Virus record (IMG/VR): IMGVR_UViG_3300025466_000014
Strand: one strand, 5' to 3'
Length of the DNA stretch: 64,000 nucleotides
From: a virus
Each line of letters opens with the position of its first letter. The stretch's first letter is position 1. This document shows positions 55,501-64,000 of this stretch, one piece after another. The notes below the pieces were generated by a model. That model made no database searches, was not told where the DNA came from, and saw nothing but the letters and a program-made list of their open reading frames with translations. A program made the translations under genes and the position numbers.

Positions 55501-57304
55501 CTACCAGTTCTGAAACGTAGTTAGCCACTAGGTGACCAGGGCACATAATCAGATAAGGAGCCGAACGGTTAGCCTTAATCTCGTACAAAACGTCTGTAAT
55601 AGCAAGCAAGCTCTTACCACCGCCAGCAGCAACATCCAAAACGGCTAGGTCAGGAGACTCGCGCAGCAGACAACGGATTTTAACTTGATGCGGTTGTAGC
55701 CCTGCGTCAGGTTTGCTGAATTTATCTGTAAGCAGCGGAGCGTCCGGAGGAGTCCAATCAGGAATTACACCCTGATTAAGTGCGCCTTTGTTTGCCTCAT
55801 TTGCCTCAGCACGTACTTGGCTAATCTTGCTACCGTAGCAAGCAAGGAGGGAAATGATACCCAGCTGGCTGGTTATAGTAACAACCGCATACTTGGCGTA
55901 AAGTGCTTCCAAGTTTTTAGTCATGCCCTCATGCAAGGCATAGATAAATTCTACCACTGGCAAAAAGCCAGGCTGATCTGTCTCGGCAGTAAAGTCTGCA
56001 TAGCGCAAGACAAAGTTGGGCTGTTCTTTAACAGTAGCTTCCCATACCTTCTCAAAATACTGATCAATAGTTACGTTGCTTAGGTAACCTTTGGCGTTAG
56101 CCTCAGCGGTTTCTTCTGCTGTAAGGGCACCCAGATAGCGCGATACGTTTGTAGGTACGCTGCATTGCGCCGCAAAGTTAACAAGACCTTTGAGGAAAGC
56201 GGGATTAACATTACGATTAAGCAGATTCATTGCCATGGTAGGAGTGCATTTGCGGAAATGCTCCATGGGCATAATCTGAATCTTACCGCTTGTATCCGAA
56301 TAAGAAAATTTGTTGTTAATCCAGTCTACCAAGATGGGCAGATTAGACGGTAACCGAGGGCGCATGTTAGACTTAGGAGTGCGCAAAGCAAATTCACCGT
56401 TTTCTCCCACGCTTGCACTTGCGTAAGTAGACTCATAGATAGTCGTGTTATCGCAAACGCTAGGAATGTAGAGTGGGTCTCCGTCCATGTTAATGGCAAT
56501 AGAGTACTGGTCAACTCGCTCATCCAAGGGATCGTGTTTGGGGAGCGTCTCAGAAATGCGAGACATCGAAATGGCAGACTTGCCGTAGTATTTAGAGACG
56601 TATTCTGCTTCCACCCAGGCACTAACCAAAGGGTACAAATCAACAGCACGTACCTGCAGCCAGTCTGTAGAGGTCAAAAACTCTACAACTTCTTTTGGAA
56701 TCTTAAACTCCAAATAAAGAACAGAAGGCGTACCTGCCTTGATTACTGCGGCTTCTAGAGTAGTCGAAAATATGGACTTGGTACCGTTATCGAGGCCGGA
56801 GTTTAAGAACAATTTTGTAACCGGATAACGCTTACCACCAGAAGCCAAAGCTACGCGAATCTCTTCAAGAGTCTCTTCTGCCGGAGGCACGTCCGTAAAC
56901 AACTGGAGAGTGTTAAACAGGTTGTCAACACTATTCATGGCAAGGATAGGAAGCTCAAGCTTAAAATACGGAGCTTCGGTATTGAATTTTACCAGAGTAG
57001 TGTACTGAGCCAAAGCCATTTCTTGGCGATTATTTTCCCAGTCACTGAGTGCCTTAGACATTGCCTTCTTTGCCTTGCGCTCTTCTTGAGACACTGCGCG
57101 AGGAGGTTTAGCAAGGCTAATAACGCGAGTGTCCATAAAGGCACCCAATGCAAGTTTCAAAAGAACCTTTCGGGCATCGCCGGTATAGACCTTACGAAAT
57201 ACTCCAAGAAAACCTGTTTTTAGAGTTGCGTCGGAAACAGAGTAAGCCTGATCTTGGACGAGGTTCGTCTTAGGTCGAGCTATCTGAAAAGCTTTTAATT
57301 CCAT
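52535..57304 (-). CDS. Giant SNF2-family SF2 ATPase/helicase (1589 aa)
   Basis: LQPHQ; DVAAGGGKS; IMCPGHLVANY; FLDESHFLKN; SGT; AIVFVNY; EVGLNLQ; WTPG..EQ..CRIAR. Confidence 0.85.
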   Translation of the reverse strand: MELKAFQIARPKTNLVQDQAYSVSDATLKTGFLGVFRKVYTGDARKVLLKLALGAFMDTRVISLAKPPRAVSQEERKAKKAMSKALSDWENNRQEMALAQYTTLVKFNTEAPYFKLELPILAMNSVDNLFNTLQLFTDVPPAEETLEEIRVALASGGKRYPVTKLFLNSGLDNGTKSIFSTTLEAAVIKAGTPSVLYLEFKIPKEVVEFLTSTDWLQVRAVDLYPLVSAWVEAEYVSKYYGKSAISMSRISETLPKHDPLDERVDQYSIAINMDGDPLYIPSVCDNTTIYESTYASASVGENGEFALRTPKSNMRPRLPSNLPILVDWINNKFSYSDTSGKIQIMPMEHFRKCTPTMAMNLLNRNVNPAFLKGLVNFAAQCSVPTNVSRYLGALTAEETAEANAKGYLSNVTIDQYFEKVWEATVKEQPNFVLRYADFTAETDQPGFLPVVEFIYALHEGMTKNLEALYAKYAVVTITSQLGIISLLACYGSKISQVRAEANEANKGALNQGVIPDWTPPDAPLLTDKFSKPDAGLQPHQVKIRCLLRESPDLAVLDVAAGGGKSLLAITDVLYEIKANRSAPYLIMCPGHLVANYVSELVEFTDGQVNVIPITSYNFRTSGIARYEQILKAAPINTVMIVDYDALKFRARSAGYGTSSILVFPVTELIRQFRPGYVFLDESHFLKNAKSARAKAVMSLIADIPKKRIASGTLNPDSPSDLPGQMAILDPTIFGTRNDFNQTYGENVSGDRVMQWRTSGENSIAHILPKLKGSVVWASAKRREWAYALPKREDRFISVELTANQKVMYDAIFDDMIQQIKKLAETDKGARKLLEKLNGKKASAEDEENFGDMDEADEDANTEDILDDNGDVGPALQPYLADIERFVTDPASHPYSVNGFKTEEGKFIPPLSGDDLKSPKAMQLARLLTDWFENNTSKAIVFVNYNASAASLFASMPPELQKCGLLYSASQKTEHVNRFKKDPNIKWMIGIRKSLEVGLNLQIAGYLARVEGVWTPGEQEQGDCRIARPYFGKGGDQRQRLRFDTLVANRTIDVTKAARLRAKIVALAKFDNSTDPAYQSIEDIPIIPMNLEAIQTKNDFDTNLAQYQRSMQQLNSVVTSDYEEYKAKQQAEGGVKFTPIKVAPVPTGAAILSAVPYAQGTELYAASELGLVRVDNYLGLELSTDDEDDDSGPGGDDEDETGAKNPEIRRQKELLAGKRVHTEYGDGFILSAGRVKGESVTALRVSLDDGTVVSRLRVTNAFIITRTETNSNDMKIKLAEAAGLPVTGEITAPAVYSKPAKLTLKQQREIAKEQERQRLLEKQKARKKEGKLSIGLDLTIVNGYVRLGYIESSDKRAVKALEALGFKLEPKMVHTRIRNHKQLITQFRLWADAGFNVSTEVDSDAFITLAQELDSNALQTHKHYAKLMGKAAYMNYMRLGWKPTSNPKLLQMFALVTDGGDRDAAALREAAKAGVAPRYGVAYLAMPYGAGHPATAKAMSSRYKAPSTNWVISNPSLSIYAANIGGIHKILGQLKDAGISVNNIDQLNVQAKSIRKLSNIMELKNDATVDIGPAQDPKAVAEEKVTKKTR

Positions 57305-57663
57305 TTTTTAATATCCTCGGTTATTTTGGTAAGTTGGGAAAATTCTTTTAAATCTTGAGGCTCTAGCTGGTACTTGCTTTGGTAGGCTACTCTATATAGC
57401 TCTTTGTACTTCTGTATGGTTAAAATTGATAGGCTCAGAGTTAACCTTAATTCCTTAGCCTGGTTTACGCCTAAGCTAAATTTAGGTGTCCCTGGCTGGT
57501 TTTTAAGAACGTTTTTACTATAGGCTCCTCGGGCTCTTGCAACAGCCTGCGCAACCGATACTCCCAGAATTGTTCCTGAGTATCTAGGCGTACTCTCAAA
57601 TTCAAAGTTAAACAGATAATATTTAGGCGTAACCTCAGGTATTCTAGCGGCAACTTTTGTCAT
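57295..57663 (-). CDS. Hypothetical protein (122 aa)
   Basis: Coupled to both neighbours. Confidence 0.65.
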   Translation of the reverse strand: MTKVAARIPEVTPKYYLFNFEFESTPRYSGTILGVSVAQAVARARGAYSKNVLKNQPGTPKFSLGVNQAKELRLTLSLSILTIQKYKELYRVAYQSKYQLEPQDLKEFSQLTKITEDIKKWN

Positions 57664-57664
57664 T

Positions 57665-58318
57665 CTATATTGACCTTATTACTGGAACCTTATAAGGCCT
57701 TTTAGAGCTGGCTATAGGTTTCCAAAGACTGTTAAAGATAAAATCCTTTAAATTTTGACCTTCAGCGTCCGGATGAATTGGGCAACGTAGAATGTAACCT
57801 ATGTGCCACTGATTGAGAGAGTTTATTTGGTCGTTGGCAATAAACACTTCAAGTCCAGGCTCCCAGGAAACGCTGTAGAATGTCTTATCATTTTTACGGA
57901 GACGACTAAACCTATAAGGTATAGGAAACCTAAACACCTGCTTGAACCAAGAAGCATCCTGTACTCTGTATTGACCTGAGACGCGTATCTCAAATCCGTA
58001 GTCGGTAATGGTTACCTCATGTTTGACATTTAATATCGGCTTCAAACCTCGAAGAAACTTAGTTCTGTCTAAAAAGAGAACAAACTGAGAACGTCGTTTA
58101 AAAAGGTACTGCCTAATAGCACTGTTAGCGTCACCTTTAAAAAACGGGTCTAAGCCTTGAGCCTGACAAAGATTTATAAACTTTTCTAAGACAATTACCC
58201 AAGCTTCTTTAGACGTCAATTTAGCCGCGCCTGTACTAAGGCAGGCTTGAAACCAAGCGTCCGCAGCAAAAGGGTTTAAGCTCTTAGGAAAGTCTAAAGG
58301 GTTTGGGTAGTTGTTCAT
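57665..58318 (-). CDS. Hypothetical protein (217 aa)
   Basis: Operon packing; aromatic-rich. Confidence 0.7.
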   Translation of the reverse strand: MNNYPNPLDFPKSLNPFAADAWFQACLSTGAAKLTSKEAWVIVLEKFINLCQAQGLDPFFKGDANSAIRQYLFKRRSQFVLFLDRTKFLRGLKPILNVKHEVTITDYGFEIRVSGQYRVQDASWFKQVFRFPIPYRFSRLRKNDKTFYSVSWEPGLEVFIANDQINSLNQWHIGYILRCPIHPDAEGQNLKDFIFNSLWKPIASSKRPYKVPVIRSI

Positions 58319-58320
58319 TT

Positions 58321-58725
58321 TTAAGGCTGAAGGTCGTCCATCAAAAGAGATTGCTCTGGCGGAGTTTCAACACCACCGTCATCGTGGGTTAGAACTTGCA
58401 ATTCTGGTTTTTCGCCGTTTTCAGGCACACCATCATTTTTTAAGTCAAACACTACGCCTGTTTTAGGCAGCTCACGTGTTTCAGAGTTAACGTATGTAGC
58501 CTCAGGAGGCATTTCAACGCTAACAAACTTGTTTAGCTTATCAAAGTAACCGTATTTAACTTTTGCACCTTTTACACGGCTAGCATCCTTCTCTGCTGAC
58601 TTACGGTCAACGTGCTGGTCATGATTTTGACCAGGAAAGAATACCCACCAAAGAGGCTTATTATTAAACACATAATCATAGTCGCCTTCAGAAGCCTGAA
58701 GGCGAATCTTAGCTGCTAGTTTCAT
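58321..58725 (-). CDS. Hypothetical protein with leader MKLAAKIRLQAS
   Basis: AAGGA RBS; leader motif. Confidence 0.75.
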   Translation of the reverse strand: MKLAAKIRLQASEGDYDYVFNNKPLWWVFFPGQNHDQHVDRKSAEKDASRVKGAKVKYGYFDKLNKFVSVEMPPEATYVNSETRELPKTGVVFDLKNDGVPENGEKPELQVLTHDDGGVETPPEQSLLMDDLQP

Positions 58726-58726
58726 G

Positions 58727-59017
58727 CTATTTCCTTTTCATATGATTGTGCCTAGCGTCATGACACTCTTTGCACACCGACATTAAGTTACTCATTGTTG
58801 AGGTACCACCTCGGCTTAGCGGTACAATATGATGTACGTCTACAGCCTTAGCACCGCATTTGTTCCAACCTTTCATTCCCTGACATTTGCCACCATCGCG
58901 GTCAAAGACTTTTTTACGCAAGTCCCACCAAGACGTTTTACCGTTTGAATATGAGTCTCGTACAATTTTCGCTGAACCTGTAGCAGACTTACGAACAAAA
59001 GGTCGAGTAAATATCAC
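58727..59017 (-). CDS. HNH endonuclease
   Basis: VFDRDGGKCQ...C...VHHIVPLSRGG....SNL..VCKECHDARH. Confidence 0.9.
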   Translation of the reverse strand: MIFTRPFVRKSATGSAKIVRDSYSNGKTSWWDLRKKVFDRDGGKCQGMKGWNKCGAKAVDVHHIVPLSRGGTSTMSNLMSVCKECHDARHNHMKRK

Positions 59018-59349
59018 GGCGTAGTACCCATAGCAGACCGGTCATGGAAGTAGAATTTCAAGACCGCACCTTGCAGAACCGAGTAAGGTGCGGTAACCGC
59101 CGCAATAATCAAGGCCGTGTTACCATCGTTATGAGTATCAGCATAGGCAAAAGCCCACTTCATTACGTAGACTAAACCAACCAAGGTTGCAGTAGACACT
59201 GCATGTTGCTCGATATTGTGTTTGTCTACCCAGGTCCAAAAAACTTCTAGTTGATTAAACAGAGTATTAAAAAATGACGAGAAAAACCCCATGAGGTTTT
59301 TACCCAATGAGGTTTTTACTGCTGCAGGTTGTGCGGTTGTATTTTCCAT
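59014..59349 (-). CDS. Small membrane protein, holin-like
   Basis: Two hydrophobic helices. Start MENTT at 59349 follows AAGGA at 7 nt. Confidence 0.45.
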   Translation of the reverse strand: MENTTAQPAAVKTSLGKNLMGFFSSFFNTLFNQLEVFWTWVDKHNIEQHAVSTATLVGLVYVMKWAFAYADTHNDGNTALIIAAVTAPYSVLQGAVLKFYFHDRSAMGTTP

Positions 59350-59377
59350 TTTAAGTCCTTCACATAAAATTGCGGCT

Positions 59378-60832
59378 TTACAAGAGACCAGTAAAGATAA
59401 CGCCACTGTTGTAGATGGAAGCAGGCGTTATTGCAATAGCTACACCACCAACGTTATTACCCGTTGTGTTTGTTATATCTAGAGAACCGTCTCCGCTGCC
59501 GTTGCCACGAATAATCAAGTTAACCTTCAAAGCTTTAACTTCGGCGTCTAGCGTAGACTGAATTTTGCCAATCATGTTATCTAGGTATTGCGTCTTGTCT
59601 ACATCCAGGGTTATCGCTGCGCCCGAGAAATTAAAGGCCTTTTCACCTTCAAGGAGGTATTGTGCCTCAAGTGCATACTTTTCTGCGTACAAGAGCCAAA
59701 ACTCACGAACAGGTCCCTGAGCGTTAGTCATTGTCAAAGAAGTAAACTGACCATAAGCTCCGTTGAAAGCATCTGCGCCTCGACGTAGCCATTTCATTAC
59801 CTCAATACTGGAATACTGAGAGTCTGGCGTGCCGAACAAAGTTGTGCGTGCCTTGTTAATCTTACTCTTTACGTCTTCCGCAGCCGAAATTATCGAATCG
59901 TTTACGACCCACAAAGAGGAAGATTCACGATAGGTTTGCACTGTGTTGTTAGAAAAACTCCAGAGTACCTGATAAGGCGTTAAAGACACTGGCAAGTTTG
60001 TCGTGTCAATAGCCGCGCCTATAAAATACCCGTTAGCAACGCGCTTAGGACTACCTAAAGGTTGATAACTTAAAAGAGTGCCGTTTTGTAAAACAGACAC
60101 GGCACAGTTAGCAAAGGCAGTTTCAGTCACACAGCTAATTGCAGCCATGTCTCCGGCGTATTCCATCGCATCTTGTGCGCCCAAAGGCATATTAGGGTAA
60201 CCAAGTACCCTTATATTTTCGTAGGAATAACAGACATTGTTGCCTTGCCTAAGAGTATATCGCAACTGATAGGGATTGTCTAGGCTAGGTGGAATTGAGC
60301 TAGGTACACTTACAACTGATTTAGCAATAACAATATTTACTGTACCAGTCATTAAAACTTTATAGTCGTAGGCGTTACCTGAAGCCCAGACAATACCTTG
60401 GGAGTCCAACACATCCCAATTAACGTAGCCGCCAGTAGGATCAAAAGATGCCGCAAACTGAAACTGCGTTGTTGCCAAGGCAGAGTCACCAGCCTGCAAT
60501 TGACCCACTAAATTTTGATATGAATCTGGATCTTCGTTGTTTACGGGCGCAAAACTATCGCTAGTAACTTGAACTGCAATAGTCCATGTTAGAGTCTGCT
60601 GCGTAGTTTTTACTGTAGCAACGAATCCGTAAGTAACGCCGGCAGTACCGCCAGTTACCTGAAAAGATATTACGTTGGCTACGATCGACAACAGAGATAT
60701 TATGGGCGTGTTTGCGTCTACAGGAGTAGCTGTAGATATTTGAACATTGGTTATTGTCTCACCAACGCCCAAGAGCAGACTAATCTGATTATTTAGGTCT
60801 GCTGCGCCTTTAGTAAAGACTGAAGTGTTCAT
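59378..60832 (-). CDS. Virion structural protein (possible head-tail adaptor with Ig-like N-domains)
   Basis: N-terminal GETI...VTGGTAG.TY...V.T pattern and helical C-terminal domain; structural context. Confidence 0.45.
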   Translation of the reverse strand: MNTSVFTKGAADLNNQISLLLGVGETITNVQISTATPVDANTPIISLLSIVANVISFQVTGGTAGVTYGFVATVKTTQQTLTWTIAVQVTSDSFAPVNNEDPDSYQNLVGQLQAGDSALATTQFQFAASFDPTGGYVNWDVLDSQGIVWASGNAYDYKVLMTGTVNIVIAKSVVSVPSSIPPSLDNPYQLRYTLRQGNNVCYSYENIRVLGYPNMPLGAQDAMEYAGDMAAISCVTETAFANCAVSVLQNGTLLSYQPLGSPKRVANGYFIGAAIDTTNLPVSLTPYQVLWSFSNNTVQTYRESSSLWVVNDSIISAAEDVKSKINKARTTLFGTPDSQYSSIEVMKWLRRGADAFNGAYGQFTSLTMTNAQGPVREFWLLYAEKYALEAQYLLEGEKAFNFSGAAITLDVDKTQYLDNMIGKIQSTLDAEVKALKVNLIIRGNGSGDGSLDITNTTGNNVGGVAIAITPASIYNSGVIFTGLL

Positions 60833-61848
60833 TATTTATCCTTCCATGTAGGCATAACGTAGTCGTCTGCGTAGTAGACAGGACCTGCATTTTCAAGGTA
60901 GACTGTCTTAAATAAGGGATGCCTAAAAGTAGGGTCCATCATCTTTATAGCCTTACCTAATTTTTCAATAACGCCGGAGGCTACACGCCCCTCGTGTTCA
61001 AAAATAACACGGTCCCTATCTTCAGGTTCAGTTACTTTACGTTTACCTTTAAAAGACTCAGGTGTAATGCGCGGCCCAATTCTGGCTGCCTCAGAAGCCT
61101 CACGCTTTGCGCGGTCCATTGCCGTTCCGTATTCTATCTCATCTGTATGGTCGTAACGGCTGGGGTTCAGTCCTACTTTAACCATCCATTGTTTCCAGAC
61201 AGGGCCATGACCCTTTTCAATCGAGTTTTCAGCCCTCGAGAGACGAGAAATCTGATTGCAGGCCTGGTGGCACATTTCATGCAAAAAGATAGTCAAGAAA
61301 ACTTGCTCAGTAGCATTAAACACCTTGGTGTTCATCCACAAAGTACCAGGTTCCCCTTCACACCTAGAGAAGTAGATACCACGAGCGTTCTTTAGATTAG
61401 TCTTATGCGGTGGCGTAGGCGAGACAAGCAGGGTAGGCTCCTGCATAACCGAATTGAATTTGTGTTCGTTAAAATAGTGCCAAAGCTTTTTGCAGAATGC
61501 TACAGCTTTTCCCGGGTTAACCTGAACCTGCATAAACATCTTATGCAGCTCAGGAGTTACGATAACTTCGTGGTCCACTGTTTGATTTTTAACAGCCGCC
61601 CGCGCTTTGCCTTTGTAAACAAAACGCACCAGATTCTTAGAAGGCAAATAGCCAATGCTTGCTACGCCAGGTAAATTGTAGACTGCGGTTTTGCCGTTGG
61701 ACGTTACAGTGCTTTCTCCTAATTTTTTTAGAAGTTTAGGATTAAGAGAAGTGTACTTGTAGGTTGTGATATGATCTTTGTTGTCAATCAAAGACAAACC
61801 CTCAAAACCAAACGTTGCTAGAAATTTTACAATATCCGGTTGATCCAT
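60832..61848 (-). CDS. SprT-like zinc metalloprotease
   Basis: FLHEMCHQ (HExxH) and HGPVWKQWM..VG. Confidence 0.8.
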   Translation of the reverse strand: MDQPDIVKFLATFGFEGLSLIDNKDHITTYKYTSLNPKLLKKLGESTVTSNGKTAVYNLPGVASIGYLPSKNLVRFVYKGKARAAVKNQTVDHEVIVTPELHKMFMQVQVNPGKAVAFCKKLWHYFNEHKFNSVMQEPTLLVSPTPPHKTNLKNARGIYFSRCEGEPGTLWMNTKVFNATEQVFLTIFLHEMCHQACNQISRLSRAENSIEKGHGPVWKQWMVKVGLNPSRYDHTDEIEYGTAMDRAKREASEAARIGPRITPESFKGKRKVTEPEDRDRVIFEHEGRVASGVIEKLGKAIKMMDPTFRHPLFKTVYLENAGPVYYADDYVMPTWKDK

Positions 61849-61849
61849 A

Positions 61850-62371
61850 TTAGGCTCCGTAAAAAGAAGTTACTGCCTTTTTAAAACCAGGATGTAAATT
61901 TTCAGGAAATGTAGTAAACCATTTAGCGTCTGTATGCTCTTCATTTAGCTTAGGTTCAAACTCATAAGGCACTATAGCGTAATGATTATGAAAAGTATAG
62001 TGAGTTTCAGGATTGTAAACCCGATGCATATGATGCAAAACCGAAGTAAACTCGCGAGGGTCAAACCCAATTTCTTCTCGGCATTCTCTTTGCGCGGCTT
62101 CTTGAATAGTCTCATCATTCTCAACACCACCACCTGGGGGACACCACGTACCTTCACCGTCACCTAAGTTTGAACGTTTCAGGAGAAGGACAGACTGTTT
62201 AGGCTCACAATAGAACATTACACCAGCGCCATGTCCGCCCATAGTCTGAGCGCCTGAGGTTAGCATTGCAGGCTCCATGTTTGTCTGATGGCAATTAGCG
62301 CATACCATTCCCATGTAGCCTTTTAAGAGGCTGCTATTGGGTTTACCGCAAGCATTGCAAAAGAGTTTCAT
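61850..62371 (-). CDS. Nudix hydrolase with N-terminal zinc ribbon
   Basis: GGVENDETIQEAAQRECREEIG Nudix box; CNACG...CANC. Confidence 0.88.
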   Translation of the reverse strand: MKLFCNACGKPNSSLLKGYMGMVCANCHQTNMEPAMLTSGAQTMGGHGAGVMFYCEPKQSVLLLKRSNLGDGEGTWCPPGGGVENDETIQEAAQRECREEIGFDPREFTSVLHHMHRVYNPETHYTFHNHYAIVPYEFEPKLNEEHTDAKWFTTFPENLHPGFKKAVTSFYGA

Positions 62372-62383
62372 TTTAATTTCCTT

Positions 62384-63547
62384 TTAACCGTTAATGGTAT
62401 TAACGATTTTACGCAACTGAGTAGAGTCTAGATGATAGCGGTCTTGGAGGAATTCAATATCCTGCAAAAGAATACCGTTAGACTGGTCCAGGTTAGAAAA
62501 CGTGAATGTCAAATCGTTACCCTTTTGAGACATACGAATTTTCACATTACGTGACTTACGCATACCTTTAACTTCCATAAAGAGTTGAGCCTTGATTTCC
62601 TCAATCTCATTTGGTTTTAGGCCGGGCTTCAATTCAAAAATAAGCTCTTCATGCTTGGCATGGACGTCTACAATGTTCTTACTTGCCGAGAAAGCTTCGC
62701 GACGCAAGCCGCCAGCAGGTTCTTTAATCTGCATTGATACTGGAAGATTCCCAATCTCCGCAGAGAAGCCCTCCAAGGCTAGTTGATTAGCAATAGATTT
62801 AACAGCCTGTTTGGTGTCCTCAACTACTTTGCCGTGCTCCAGGAGAGAGGGCGCAACAAACTCGTGCTCTACAAAAATCTCAACGTTACCCTTAACAGTC
62901 CACTTAATGGTCACGTAGATATGAGGAGCAATCTTACCGTCGTCAGACACGGCGTTTTTAAGAATTACGTAGCCTGCAAATACGAGCTCACCTTCCTTAG
63001 ACAACGCAACGTAGGTAAACGTATCAATAGAATCGCACTCAATGTGTTTGTTTTCTTCTAGATTCTTAGCCACACTGGTAACAAAATCCAAATATTCTTT
63101 AGGAGCATGTTTTTGTGCTACCTTATGCAGGAAGGCAAATAGCTCGCGCATTGCGGCTTCCATGTCCTCTTTAAGCTTTGTAAAAGAACCTAGCAAAGCA
63201 ACAAGATTCTTGTTACTTGCATTCTTAAAATTCATCTTAATTTCGTTCTCTGTGGCAATCAAACTTTTGTATTGCTCTGAATATTTTGAGACGCGCGAGT
63301 AATTCTTCTGTAGTTCGTTCATGTTGGGAACAGTAACCACAGGGAAGTCTACATTCAAGGTCTTGGTTCGTTTAATCTTCAAGTCCTTATCGCCAGAGAT
63401 ATCCATAATTTTGGGGTCAGCAGCGGTCAAGACAGACTTAGACAGGCGTGCTACTGAAATATTAAACAGCACCTGCTCCTGAAGGAAGCTTTCCCTTGTT
63501 GCCTTAAGGAATGTTTTAATCTCGTCAATTGTGCGAAACGGTTTCAT
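62384..63547 (-). CDS. Hypothetical (probable virion) protein, 387 aa
   Basis: AAGGA RBS; high-expression-like codons. Confidence 0.65.
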   Translation of the reverse strand: MKPFRTIDEIKTFLKATRESFLQEQVLFNISVARLSKSVLTAADPKIMDISGDKDLKIKRTKTLNVDFPVVTVPNMNELQKNYSRVSKYSEQYKSLIATENEIKMNFKNASNKNLVALLGSFTKLKEDMEAAMRELFAFLHKVAQKHAPKEYLDFVTSVAKNLEENKHIECDSIDTFTYVALSKEGELVFAGYVILKNAVSDDGKIAPHIYVTIKWTVKGNVEIFVEHEFVAPSLLEHGKVVEDTKQAVKSIANQLALEGFSAEIGNLPVSMQIKEPAGGLRREAFSASKNIVDVHAKHEELIFELKPGLKPNEIEEIKAQLFMEVKGMRKSRNVKIRMSQKGNDLTFTFSNLDQSNGILLQDIEFLQDRYHLDSTQLRKIVNTING

Positions 63548-63561
63548 AGTTTATTTCCTTA

Positions 63562-63612
63562 ATTCTTTGATTCTTTGATTCTTTGATTCTTTGATTCTTT
63601 GATTCTTTGATT
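63562..63612. repeat. Perfect tandem repeat (ATTCTTTG)x6 plus ATT
   Basis: Read directly; fills the gap between the stop at 63622 and the RBS of 62384-63547. Confidence 0.95.
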
Positions 63613-63621
63613 GTCTAATTT

Positions 63622-63978
63622 TCATTTGCCGTTAGTTTGCAGGTCTTTTAGCTGCTGAGAATACCGCAACATCATTGCGTCATCTACTTTATCAGCCTTG
63701 TTGAATTGTTTTTTAAGTTGCAAAGCAAACAGGGCATCTTCTAACTGATTCTTTTTGTATTGAGTTAGCTGAGATTGAAGTTGTTGCGTAATCTCAATCT
63801 GCTGAGTCTCTGTGCGTTTAAAGAGTTTGTTAACTTCATCTGCATGGGCATATCGGTCGTCTATAAAAAGAAAACCGCCAACTAGGCTGCCTAAGGATAT
63901 AATCGCCGCAACAAAAGAAGCAACTACGCTAGGCACTTTAGAAAACTGCACAATAGGTTGTTTGACTTTTTCTAACAT
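63622..63978 (-). CDS. Membrane-anchored coiled-coil hypothetical protein
   Basis: TM segment VVASFVAAIISLGSLVGGFLFI followed by Q/K-rich helix. Confidence 0.65.
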   Translation of the reverse strand: MLEKVKQPIVQFSKVPSVVASFVAAIISLGSLVGGFLFIDDRYAHADEVNKLFKRTETQQIEITQQLQSQLTQYKKNQLEDALFALQLKKQFNKADKVDDAMMLRYSQQLKDLQTNGK

Positions 63979-64000
63979 AATTTATCTCATTCATTAGTTG

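Noticed and set aside
57295-57663. MTKVAARIPEV as another copy of the cargo leader
   Set aside because: It lacks the R-L-x-A core; too weak to count.
1-64000. Stop-codon reassignment
   Set aside because: Conserved proteins are full length under the standard code. TAG, TAA and TGA all end genes next to the following RBS or start.

Overview
This window is 64 kb of a large (jumbo-type) contractile-tailed dsDNA bacteriophage. It is densely coding and appears to use the standard genetic code. I saw no tRNA, CRISPR array, integrase, reverse transcriptase, portal or terminase. There are three blocks. (1) 1-22036, minus strand: tail fibre/spike arsenal. It has two giant Thr/Gly/Ala/Ser repeat fibres that share identical DNA blocks (the first runs off the left edge and is missing from the ORF track) and a fibre chaperone. 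It also has several proteins built from shared N-terminal modules plus different enzyme heads: a trypsin-like serine protease, an SGNH esterase, a GH28-like beta-helix and a TIGR03790-like domain. (2) 22124-35251, plus strand: replication/recombination (Cas4-like nuclease, DnaX-like clamp loader, dNMP kinase, SbcC/Rad50, DnaN-like clamp, SF2 helicase, DnaB). (3) 35366-63978, minus strand: morphogenesis (tail tube, sheath, major capsid protein, decoration, acidic scaffold, prohead protease, papain-like proteases, giant SNF2, HNH, SprT, Nudix). The strongest unexplained pattern is a shared N-terminal leader, about M-K/E-L/I-x-A-K/A-x-R-L-x-A-S/T/D. It occurs on eight otherwise unrelated proteins scattered through block 3, with synonymous codon variation between copies. 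I interpret it as a candidate capsid-targeting/protease-cleaved cargo signal analogous to the T4 internal-protein leader. All family assignments come from reading motifs by eye; no database search was run.
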